Program-made: the position numbers and the translations under genes | The notes under the pieces: model-generated | The model's input: only the letters and a program-made list of their open reading frames with translations | Told to the model about the DNA's origin: nothing | Database searches by the model: none | Shown here: piece after piece, positions 7,277 through 14,749 of the stretch | How the letters are laid out: every line of letters starts with the position of its first letter | Numbering within the stretch: position 1 is the stretch's first letter | Assembly: GCA_036676985.1 (NCBI GenBank) | Contig: JAKFBU010000075.1 | Span: 1 to 27,024 of the forward strand | Direction of reading: 5' to 3' | DNA length: 27,024 nt | Source: Candidatus Sericytochromatia bacterium | GTDB lineage: Bacteria; Cyanobacteriota; Sericytochromatia; S15B-MN24; UBA4093

Positions 7277-8740
7277 ATGCGCGACATCGTCCTTCGCAAG
7301 AAGTCCCTGGAGTCCATCCGGCGCGAGCAGGAGCAGCACGGCCATGGGCTCAAGAAGGTGCTCGGACCCTGGTCGCTGATCGCGATCGGCATCGGCTGCA
7401 CCATCGGCTCGGGCATCTTCATCATGCCGGGGATCGTGGCGGCCACCCATTCGGGTCCGGCCGTCGTCATCTCCTTTTTGCTGGCGGCCCTGGCCTGCGC
7501 GCTCGCGGCCCTCAGCTACAGCGAGCTGGCCGCGATGATCCCCATCTCGGGCAGCGCCTACAGCTACGCCTACGCCACGCTGGGCGAACTCGTCGCGTGG
7601 TTCATCGGGTGGAACCTGCTCCTGGAGTACGGTCTTGCCAACGCGGCCACCGCCGCGGGCTGGGGCGGCTACCTCGACCACTTTCTCGGCGCCTTCGGCC
7701 TGTCCATTCCGCCGCAGCTGCTCTACACGCCCGGCGCCCCCATCCCGGGCACGGACCTGGTGGGCTGGTTCAACGTGCCGTCGGCCGTCATCGTCCTCCT
7801 GGTGACGCTCCTGATGGTCGTGGGCATCCGCGAGAGCGCCCAGACCAACACGATCATCGTGGGCTTCAAGATCGCGGTGCTCGCCCTCTTCGTCGCGCTG
7901 GCGGCCCCGCACTTCCAGCCCCAGCTGATGACCCCGTTCATGCCCTTCGGCTGGCACGGGGTCATGACGGGCGCGGCCATCCTGTTCTTCCTGTTCGTGG
8001 GCTTCGACGCGGTCTCGACGGTGGCCGAGGAGGCCAAGAACCCTCAGCGCGACGTGCCCATCGGCATCCTCGGGGGCCTCGCCATCGTGACGGTGCTCTA
8101 CGTGGCCGTCGCGGTGGTGCTGACGGGCGTGCTGCCCCTCGACAGGCTCAACGTCAAGGAGCCGCTCGCCATGGTGCTCACGGCCTTCAACCACCCCTGG
8201 GCCTCCTTCATCCTCTCGGCGGTGGCGGTGGTGGGCATCGCGAGCGTCCTCTTGGTCGGCTCCATCGGCCAGACGCGCATCCTCTACGTCATGAGCCGGG
8301 ACGGCCTCATGCCCCGCTTCATGTCCAGGGTGCACGCCCGCTTCGGCACGCCGGTCGAGACGACGCTCATCCTGGGCGTCATCACGGCCATCCTGGCGGG
8401 CAGCGTGCCCCTCGACGCGCTGGCGGATCTGGTGAGCATCGGCACGCTCGCGGCCTTCTCGGCAGTGTCCTTGGGCGTGCTCGTGCTGCGCCGGACCGCC
8501 CCCGACATGCCGCGCGGCTTCCGGACCCCCTGGGTGCCCGTGGTGCCCATCGCGGGCATCGCCATCAACCTGTACCTGATGAGCAGCCTGAGCCTGCAGG
8601 TCTGGATCCGCTTCCTCATCTGGCTGGCCATCGGCATCGCCATCTACTTCTGGTGGGGCCACAAGTCGGCGAGCCGCGTGATGGCGGAGCGCGCCGCGTC
8701 GGTCCCCGCCGAGCTGCATCCGTCGCCGGAGGTGCGCTAG
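7277..8740 (+). CDS. APC-family amino acid permease (cationic amino acid transporter/YfnA-like)
   Basis: GIGCTIGSGIF, ALSYSELAAMIPISGSAYSYAY, GWNLLLEY, FVGFDAVSTVAEEAKNPQRD, many TM helices. ATG 7277 follows AAGAGG; GTG 7271 is an alternative start. Confidence 0.95.
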   Translation: MRDIVLRKKSLESIRREQEQHGHGLKKVLGPWSLIAIGIGCTIGSGIFIMPGIVAATHSGPAVVISFLLAALACALAALSYSELAAMIPISGSAYSYAYATLGELVAWFIGWNLLLEYGLANAATAAGWGGYLDHFLGAFGLSIPPQLLYTPGAPIPGTDLVGWFNVPSAVIVLLVTLLMVVGIRESAQTNTIIVGFKIAVLALFVALAAPHFQPQLMTPFMPFGWHGVMTGAAILFFLFVGFDAVSTVAEEAKNPQRDVPIGILGGLAIVTVLYVAVAVVLTGVLPLDRLNVKEPLAMVLTAFNHPWASFILSAVAVVGIASVLLVGSIGQTRILYVMSRDGLMPRFMSRVHARFGTPVETTLILGVITAILAGSVPLDALADLVSIGTLAAFSAVSLGVLVLRRTAPDMPRGFRTPWVPVVPIAGIAINLYLMSSLSLQVWIRFLIWLAIGIAIYFWWGHKSASRVMAERAASVPAELHPSPEVR

Positions 8741-8765
8741 TCCCCGGAAGTCGCCTCTCCCCAAT

Positions 8766-8801
8766 CGATCCCCGAGTCTGGTACAACGGACTCGGGGATC
8801 G
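8766..8801 (+). terminator. Stem-loop after the permease
   Basis: CGATCCCCGAGTC-N10-GACTCGGGGATCG, 13-bp perfect stem, followed by TCTT. Confidence 0.6.
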
Positions 8802-8819
8802 TCTTGGAAGGAGCGAGCC

Positions 8820-9413
8820 ATGAGCGACATGGGCCTGGTGCTGAAGGCGGCGACCGTGGCGGCCGACGCGCATGCCCGCCAGCGACGCAAGGGGAACGAC
8901 GAGCCCTACATCAACCATCCCTTGCGGGTGGCGCACCATGCCGAGCGCTGCGGCCTGTCGCCGCCGGCGATCGCCGCCGCCCTCCTCCACGACGTGGTGG
9001 AGGACACGCCCGTCACCTTCGAGGACCTGCGCCGCGAGTTTCCCGCGGAGGTGGTCCACATGGTCCACCTCCTGACCAAGTGGTGGGCCGATGACGCCCC
9101 CGCCGAGGTCAAGGCCGTCGAGAAGCCCAAGTACTACGGCACGCTCCTCTCCGAAAAGGGCGAGGCCATCGACGTCAAGCTCCTGGATCGCGCGGACAAC
9201 CTGGTCGACATGGCCCGCATGCTGCCCCGCTCGCGGGGCTGGGCCGAGCGCTACCTCAGAAAGACGCTCAAGGAGTTCGAGCCCGTCGTGGCCGTCTGCC
9301 AGAACGAGCGGGTCCTGGAGATCTACCGGGCGGCCGTCACCCGCCTCCAGAAGGCCCTCGGGGGAGCAGAGTTCAAAGCAGCAAATTCATCCGCTCGATC
9401 CCGTCGGCGCTGA
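8820..9413 (+). CDS. Stand-alone HD-domain protein, Mesh1-like small alarmone ((p)ppGpp) hydrolase
   Basis: HARQRRK...EPYINHPLRVA, AALLHDVVEDT, VKLLDRADNL. AGGAG SD. Confidence 0.85.
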   Translation: MSDMGLVLKAATVAADAHARQRRKGNDEPYINHPLRVAHHAERCGLSPPAIAAALLHDVVEDTPVTFEDLRREFPAEVVHMVHLLTKWWADDAPAEVKAVEKPKYYGTLLSEKGEAIDVKLLDRADNLVDMARMLPRSRGWAERYLRKTLKEFEPVVAVCQNERVLEIYRAAVTRLQKALGGAEFKAANSSARSRRR

Positions 9414-10575
9414 GGAAGTACAGCGTCTTGCCGTCCGGGTCCAGCACGAACGACCGCTTGTCGTTGTGCCGGGTGTAGCCCACGATCTCGGTGCCCTCGC
9501 GGAAGTTGCCCGGGTAGTCGAGCGCGCGGCGCCGCACCGAGCCGCCGATGCCGAGGTAGATGGCCTTGCCGTCCGCCGACCAGCAGTGCCCCTCGTAGCT
9601 GTAGTAGTAGATCTTCGTGGGCGCCTGGGCCCCGTCCGCGAAGTAGTAGATGCCGTCTCCCGCCTCGGCCGGCGGGATGGGCAGGCCGGTGTCCGGATCG
9701 GTGCGCTCGGAGACCGTTTTGCAGGTCATGGCGCGGTGGTAGAGCAGGCCCCACTGGTTCCAGCTCAGGGGCTCGATGCCCTTGTAGATGGGGTTGATGG
9801 GCATGTCCTCCAGCCGCTGGGGAGCGCTGCCGTCGGCGCCCGCCACGTACAGGTCCACGTGCCCGTAGCCCGTCTCCGCGGAGTCCGTGGTGCGATCGCG
9901 CAGGTAGGCGACCCGCGCGGCATCCGGTGACCAGACGGGGGTCGTCAGCGGGTAGGAGTCCTGCACGAGCGCGCCCGGCCGGGCCGCTCCCGGCTGCTGG
10001 GAGCACAGCGCGAACGAGCCCGCCGCCGCTCGCACGTACAGCAAGCCGGCAGGTCCCGACCAGTCGAACCACCGCACCGTCTCACCCGCCTCGAGCGGCA
10101 GATCGCAGAGCTTCTGGGGCGCTCCGCCGGCAACCGGCTGGAGCATCGCGGCGTTGCCCTTCAGGTAGGCCAGATGCCTGGCATCGGGCGAGAGCACGAG
10201 GTTGGTGCCCTCCAGGAGGGCCGGGTCGGGGCGCAGGACCTCGTGGTTCGCGATCGTCAGGGTGGGGCCCGTTCCTCCCGCAAGCTCGGTCGAGAAGGTG
10301 GCGGACTGGGTGAAGTAGCGGGGATAGGTGGCCGTGATGGTATGGACACCGGCCTTGAGGCCCGCGAAGCGGTAGACTCCCTCTGCGTCGGTCGTGACCT
10401 CCATGGGGCCGCTGGGGCCCGTCAGCATGACCTTCGCGTCCTTGGCGGATCCGACCACCTCCAGGCGCACGATGCCCTTCACGTCTGAGCTCGCGGAAAC
10501 GGTCCGGGGCGCCGGGCAGCCTGCCAGCAGCAGGGCGCCCGACAGGGCGAGGAGGCGTCGTATCACCTGGTGCAT
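9373..10575 (-). CDS. Lipoprotein with CarboxypepD_reg-like domain + TolB-like beta-propeller
   Basis: LLLAGC lipobox; TTDAEGVYRFAGLKAGVHTITA; PD40-like blades LSPDARHLAY, PVWSPDAARVAY, WSADGKAIY, LDPDGKTLYF. Confidence 0.85.
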   Translation of the reverse strand: MHQVIRRLLALSGALLLAGCPAPRTVSASSDVKGIVRLEVVGSAKDAKVMLTGPSGPMEVTTDAEGVYRFAGLKAGVHTITATYPRYFTQSATFSTELAGGTGPTLTIANHEVLRPDPALLEGTNLVLSPDARHLAYLKGNAAMLQPVAGGAPQKLCDLPLEAGETVRWFDWSGPAGLLYVRAAAGSFALCSQQPGAARPGALVQDSYPLTTPVWSPDAARVAYLRDRTTDSAETGYGHVDLYVAGADGSAPQRLEDMPINPIYKGIEPLSWNQWGLLYHRAMTCKTVSERTDPDTGLPIPPAEAGDGIYYFADGAQAPTKIYYYSYEGHCWSADGKAIYLGIGGSVRRRALDYPGNFREGTEIVGYTRHNDKRSFVLDPDGKTLYFLSADGIERMNLLL

Positions 10576-10664
10576 GGGTCACCTGCGGCAAGGGCCGCGC
10601 CGATCGGTGGAGGGCCGAGCCTCATGTTCCCATGTCGGCCGCAATCTAGACAGGCGCGGAGCGA

Positions 10665-10696
10665 CCTCGGGCGGCCTCGTTCGAGGCCGCCCGAGG
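10665..10696 (-). terminator. GC-rich stem-loop after the 10727-11227 gene
   Basis: CCTCGGGCGGCCTCG-TT-CGAGGCCGCCCGAGG, 15-bp perfect arms, no U-tract. Confidence 0.55.
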
Positions 10697-10726
10697 GGCG
10701 TCGTGAAGGGGGCGAGGAGGTGAGGG

Positions 10727-11227
10727 CTAGTAGGAGCGGACGCGCTGCACGCGCTTGAGGGCGTCGACGATGACCGTCTGCATCTGGTTGGCGATCTCGC
10801 GCTGACGGTTGATGTCGCCGGTGTTGGACCACTGGTAGCGCAGATCCTCGTAGCGGGCGATGGCCTGGTCGGCGATGTCGAAGACCTGGCGGGAATCGTA
10901 GCCGCTGGCGCCGGACTCGCCCGAGACGGCGTCCCGGACGTCGCCGATGCCCTGCGAGAGGACGACGAGCATCTGGTCCTCGATGCGATCCTTCTCGCGA
11001 TCGCTCCAGGCCCGCAGCCAGGAGTCACGCAGGCGATCGTAGCTGCGCAGCGTGTCGGCGGCGACGGTCTTGGCGCGGCTGACGGTGTAGTAGTCCTTGG
11101 CCTGGACCGCATCGGCCGTCGCCGACTTGATGCCGGCGGTCGTGCCGCCGGGGGCCGCGCCGCAACCGGCAAGCAGGGTGGACGCCAGGGCGAGGGTGGC
11201 AAGGACCGACGCGAGATGCTTGGCCAT
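10727..11227 (-). CDS. Small alpha-helical lipoprotein with an internal duplication (166 aa)
   Basis: ATG 11227 after AGGAG. MAKHLASVLATLALASTLLAGC lipobox. Two similar helical-hairpin halves. Confidence 0.85.
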   Translation of the reverse strand: MAKHLASVLATLALASTLLAGCGAAPGGTTAGIKSATADAVQAKDYYTVSRAKTVAADTLRSYDRLRDSWLRAWSDREKDRIEDQMLVVLSQGIGDVRDAVSGESGASGYDSRQVFDIADQAIARYEDLRYQWSNTGDINRQREIANQMQTVIVDALKRVQRVRSY

Positions 11228-11382
11228 GGATGGGTCTCTCCTCTTATCGACGCGGCGCAAAGGTTCGACTTTGCTTTCACTACGCTTTGACAAGGAGCTT
11301 GTCGTTTTCGGAGCGGGCGATCCTTCTTATCGGATGGCTAACGTTGCGTTAAGGATCGGTGAAGAAGCGGCGCCGCCAACGC

Positions 11383-11414
11383 CAGGCCGCCGGGCGCATG
11401 CGCCCGGCGGCCTG
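11383..11414. terminator. 32-bp perfect palindrome downstream of the LysM-GH19 gene
   Basis: CAGGCCGCCGGGCGCATGCGCCCGGCGGCCTG is its own reverse complement. Confidence 0.55.
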
Positions 11415-11443
11415 ATTGGTGCAACGGTGATCGGGTGGGTTCG

Positions 11444-12652
11444 CTAGGCGACCGCGACGTCGTCCAGCCGGTTCACGGCCGCGATGAAGGTGCTGTAGCC
11501 GTTCAGACCGCCGTTCACGGCCCGGCGCACGTCCTCCCAGTCTCCGCGATTGGCCATGGCGGGGATGCCGCGCCGCTTGAAGTACTCCACGAACACCCGG
11601 GCGGCGACGTTCGGATCGAGGGCCAGGTTGGGGTTGCCCTCCAGGTCGACGCCGAGCGCCTGGCCGTACGTGCGGTAGTTGGCGCGGCCCGTCAGCTGGA
11701 TGAAGCCCCGGCCCTTGAAACGGGGGCCGTCTCCGGGTTGGGTGTTGCCGAGATCCGAACGACCGTTGTAGGCCTCGCCGCTGGCGTACTCGGGGATGGG
11801 CTCGAAGCGTCCCACCTCGACCTTGATGGTCGCGAGCGCGGCCATGACCACCTGATCCGAGGTCATTCCTGCCTCTTCGAGGGCCCGAGCCATCAAGGGC
11901 CAGTACTTCTCGACGTTCTCCCGGGGCGCGCCCAGCGAGCGGGTGACCTCGTCGATGGTGAAGCGCGCGAGGATGCTGCCCGCCGCGGCCGGTGCCGCGG
12001 GCTTGCTGGGAGCGGGGGCCGCGCTGCCGCCGGGCAGCTTCAGGACCTGGCCGGGGAAGATGCGATCCGGGTTGCTGACCTGGTGCCGGTTGAGCTCGAA
12101 GATCTCGCGCCAGCGATTGCCGTCGCCGAGCGTCTTCTGGGCGATGCGGCTCAGGCTGTCGCCGGACTGCACCGTGTAGGTGGGATCCGGAGCCGGAGCG
12201 GGCTTGGCCGGTTCGGGCTTCGGAGCTTCGGCCTTGGGAGCTTCGGGCTTCGGAGCTTCGGGCTTGGCCGGTTCGGGCTTCGGGGCTTCGGCCTTCGGGG
12301 GCTCGGCAGGAGGAGTGGCCGCCGCCTGGGCCTGGGGCGAGAGCTGAAGGCTGTCTCCCGGCAACTTGCCGAGGGGTAGCGCGGTGAGCGCTTCCTGAAC
12401 GACCTGATGGAATTGTGCCAGCGTGGGATTGGCCTGGGGGGAGGCGTAGTAGGCCTGTGGAGCAGCCGGCTGGGGCTGATAACCCTGCTGTGGCGGATAG
12501 TAGGCCTGCGGAGGGGCCGGCTGGGGCTGATAACCCTGCTGCTGAGGCGGATAGTAGGCCTGCGGAGCCGCCGGCTGGGGCTGATAGCCCTGCTGCTGAG
12601 GCGGATAGTAGGCCGGCTGGACCGGCTGAGCATAGTAGTAGGTCGGCTGCAT
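11444..12652 (-). CDS. LysM + GH19 (endolysin-type) muramidase with low-complexity N-terminus (402 aa)
   Basis: ATG 12652 after AGGAGG. LysM: YTVQSGDSLSRIA...WREIFELN...NPDRIFPGQVLKLP. GH19: LATIKVE...E..., LGNTQPGDGPRFKGRGFIQLTGRANY, VRRAVNGGLNG. Confidence 0.9.
   Translation of the reverse strand: MQPTYYYAQPVQPAYYPPQQQGYQPQPAAPQAYYPPQQQGYQPQPAPPQAYYPPQQGYQPQPAAPQAYYASPQANPTLAQFHQVVQEALTALPLGKLPGDSLQLSPQAQAAATPPAEPPKAEAPKPEPAKPEAPKPEAPKAEAPKPEPAKPAPAPDPTYTVQSGDSLSRIAQKTLGDGNRWREIFELNRHQVSNPDRIFPGQVLKLPGGSAAPAPSKPAAPAAAGSILARFTIDEVTRSLGAPRENVEKYWPLMARALEEAGMTSDQVVMAALATIKVEVGRFEPIPEYASGEAYNGRSDLGNTQPGDGPRFKGRGFIQLTGRANYRTYGQALGVDLEGNPNLALDPNVAARVFVEYFKRRGIPAMANRGDWEDVRRAVNGGLNGYSTFIAAVNRLDDVAVA
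12200..12304. repeat. Seven 15-bp coding tandem repeats (EAPKP/EPAKP/EAPKA linker)
   Basis: Units gggcttggccggttc / gggcttcggagcttc / ggccttgggagcttc ..., with a 60-bp higher-order period. Confidence 0.9.
12447..12614. repeat. About three 51/54-bp coding tandem repeats (AYYPPQQQGYQPQPAAPQ)
   Basis: TAGTAGGCC recurs at 12447, 12498, 12552 and 12606. Confidence 0.9.
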
Positions 12653-12748
12653 AGGATCCCTCCTGAGGGGGTTATCGCGGACGCCCATGCAAACCCGGTA
12701 AAGCGAACAGGAAAAGCAGCTTAAGTTCTGGTGAAAGGTTGGGGCGGC

Positions 12749-12970
12749 CTACCCATGTCGGGACGCCTTGGGCAGCGTGGGCCAGATCCGCCACTGCCCG
12801 GCGACCTCGCGCGCGACCAGTTGACCCAAGAAGCGGCCCTTGCTGTAGACCCCCGCGCCCCACACGTCGTCATCCGGGCGGTAGTCGACGACGACCCGCG
12901 CGTCGGGGGCGAGGTTCAGCCGGGCGTACAGGTAGAAGAGGCTTTCGAGTTGCGCGCGCTCATCCGACAT
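12749..12970 (-). CDS. Hypothetical 73-aa protein coupled to the sigma factor gene
   Basis: MSDERAQLESLFYLYARLNL...WRIWPTLPKASRHG. GC3-rich codons. The start overlaps the sigma stop by 11 nt, with an AAGGA SD. ATG 12979 is an alternative start. Confidence 0.65.
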   Translation of the reverse strand: MSDERAQLESLFYLYARLNLAPDARVVVDYRPDDDVWGAGVYSKGRFLGQLVAREVAGQWRIWPTLPKASRHG

Positions 12971-13679
12971 GCGTGGCATCCTTTCCTGCGACGTAGCGTC
13001 CGAGTTCCTTGAGGGCAAGCCTCAGGCGCCGGGAAACCTGGGCCTGGGAGATGCCGAGCCGGCGGCTGGCCTCTTGCTGAGAGAGATCCTGGTAGTAACA
13101 GAGATCGATCACCTCGCGATGGCTCGGGCGGAGGCGCTCCAGCCCCTGGCACACCACGATGCGCTCTTCCGGGGTCAGGGCGGGGAGGCCGGGATCGGCC
13201 AGGTCCAGCGGCCGCCCCCCAGAGGAGGTGGCGGCGTCGAGCGAGAGCGGCCGCATCTGGTGCTCGAGGGCCAGGACCTCCGCGACCTTGTCGGGGCTGA
13301 GGCCCATGACGCGCGCGATCTCGCGGGCCGAAGGGTCCCGGTGCTGCGCCTGCGTGAGGCGGGCGACGGCCGTGCGGATGGCCGGCCGGAGCTCCAGGAG
13401 GTCGCGCGGCGGCCGTACCAGGTGCAGGAGGTCCCGCTGGAAGTGGGCGATCTCGCCCGAGATGAGACGGCTGGCATAGGCCTCGAAGGTGAAGCCGAGG
13501 CCCGGGTCATACCGCTGGAAGGCCCTCAAGAGGCCGATGCAGCCGACCTGGAACAGGTCCTCCAGCTCGGCCCCGCTGCGCCGCTGGTAGGCGCGCGCCA
13601 GGCGGCGGACCAGGGGCAGGTACTGCCCCAGTTGCCGTGGGGTGAGGGCGACCTTCGAGGCGGACGTGGCGGAACGCAT
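12960..13679 (-). CDS. Group 3 sigma-70 factor, SigB/SigF/SigG family (cyanobacterial SigF-like)
   Basis: Region 2 EDLFQVGCIGLLRAFQRYDP...ISGEIAHFQRD, region 3 RDPSAREIA, region 4 LSQQEASRRLGISQAQVSRRLR. AGGAGG SD. Confidence 0.92.
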   Translation of the reverse strand: MRSATSASKVALTPRQLGQYLPLVRRLARAYQRRSGAELEDLFQVGCIGLLRAFQRYDPGLGFTFEAYASRLISGEIAHFQRDLLHLVRPPRDLLELRPAIRTAVARLTQAQHRDPSAREIARVMGLSPDKVAEVLALEHQMRPLSLDAATSSGGRPLDLADPGLPALTPEERIVVCQGLERLRPSHREVIDLCYYQDLSQQEASRRLGISQAQVSRRLRLALKELGRYVAGKDATHVG

Positions 13680-13754
13680 GGAACACCTCCTGCCGGTTGA
13701 CCATGCGAACGATACCCCTGGGACGCCCCCGGGGGGATCCGGGGGAGAACGGAG

Positions 13755-13784
13755 GCGGCGGTAGGCAAATTTGCCTACCGCCGC
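13755..13784. terminator. 30-bp perfect palindrome between the 13809-14066 gene and the sigma gene (terminator or operator)
   Basis: GCGGCGGTAGGCAAATTTGCCTACCGCCGC is self-complementary. Confidence 0.55.
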
Positions 13785-13808
13785 GACGGATGGTTCAGGG
13801 CCTGCGAC

Positions 13809-14066
13809 CTACCACTCGGTGGCGTCCAGGACGACGCCCGGGTCCTCCGGAGGCACCGGACGGATCTCGTCCTCGAGGGCGGCGAAGTTGTTGCCGTTCG
13901 GCAGCAGGATGACATAAGGCCCTGCCCCCCGGCCGAGCTCCTCGTCGGTGGCGTAGCGGACGAACTCCACCGTGCGGCCGATGTAGCGCGGCTGGGTGCA
14001 GAAGTAGTCCGAGTTCTGGATGACCAAAGGGTCGCCCGGCTCGAGGTTCGGGTACTTGAGGCCCAT
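13809..14066 (-). CDS. Hypothetical 85-aa protein, possibly an SH3/KOW-like barrel
   Basis: Starts 5 nt after the exonuclease stop. LEPGDPLVI...YIGRTVEFV...PYVILL...EDEIRPV pattern. Good codon bias. Confidence 0.7.
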   Translation of the reverse strand: MGLKYPNLEPGDPLVIQNSDYFCTQPRYIGRTVEFVRYATDEELGRGAGPYVILLPNGNNFAALEDEIRPVPPEDPGVVLDATEW

Positions 14067-14071
14067 GCGGA

Positions 14072-14647
14072 CTAGCCGAACAGGCTCATCTGGGACGCGG
14101 GCTTGAACTCGGAGAGCTTGCGCATGGCCTGGCAGAGCATCTCCACGTCGAACATGGCGCGGTGATGGCCCTCGCTCGAGAGGTTGAAGGCGCCGAGCAG
14201 GCTCTTGAGGCCGTGGCCCTTGAGCTGGCCGTGGCGGCCCAGCGTCCAGACGGCGAGCGCCTGCGTGTCGATCTTCAGCTTCTCCAGGGGGGCGAGCCAG
14301 AGCTTGTGGCGGCTCTCGGCGGCCTTGAGGAAGTCCCAGTCGAAGTCGATGTTGTGGGCGACGGCGTACATGGTGCCGTGGCGGAAGGCGAAGTCCTTGA
14401 GGCGCTGGAAGGCGACCTCGGCGTCGGGAGCCGACTTGAGCTCGTCGGGGGTGATGCCGTTGACCTGCATGGCCTCGCGATCCACCTCCGCACCCTCGAA
14501 CGGCTTGATGAGCGTCTCGAAGCGATCGACCTCCTTGAGGGTGGCCATGTCGAGGATGATCACCGCGATCTCGATGGGCGCGTGGCGCGCCGGATCCGTG
14601 CCGGTGGTCTCGAAGTCGAACACGAAGAACTTGGTGGGCAGGCTCAT
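14072..14647 (-). CDS. DEDDh 3'-5' exonuclease, DnaQ/epsilon-like, with C-terminal beta-clamp-binding motif
   Basis: ExoI VFDFETTG, ExoII VAHNIDFD, IDT, ExoIII HRAMFD, C-terminal QMSLF. AGGAG SD. Confidence 0.9.
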   Translation of the reverse strand: MSLPTKFFVFDFETTGTDPARHAPIEIAVIILDMATLKEVDRFETLIKPFEGAEVDREAMQVNGITPDELKSAPDAEVAFQRLKDFAFRHGTMYAVAHNIDFDWDFLKAAESRHKLWLAPLEKLKIDTQALAVWTLGRHGQLKGHGLKSLLGAFNLSSEGHHRAMFDVEMLCQAMRKLSEFKPASQMSLFG

Positions 14648-14682
14648 GGGATCTCCTGGCGCGCTAGGGGCGTGACCCGGCC

Positions 14683-14691
14683 ATTATAGCA
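14683..14691 (-). promoter_or_regulatory. Consensus extended -10 promoter (TGCTATAAT) for the exonuclease operon
   Basis: Perfect TGnTATAAT, 35 nt upstream of ATG 14647. Confidence 0.7.
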
Positions 14692-14749
14692 AGCGGCAAG
14701 TCGCGCTGTCGCCCTGGTGGTGCGTGATTGGGAGCGACGTTTTGTTGCG

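Noticed and set aside
11444-12190. GH19 endolysin as evidence of a prophage
   Set aside because: No holin, spanin, structural or integrase genes nearby, and codon usage is host-like.
12447-12614. Regularly spaced repeats resembling a CRISPR array
   Set aside because: Units are contiguous, in-frame (51/54 bp) and lack unique spacers, and there are no cas genes. They are coding repeats.
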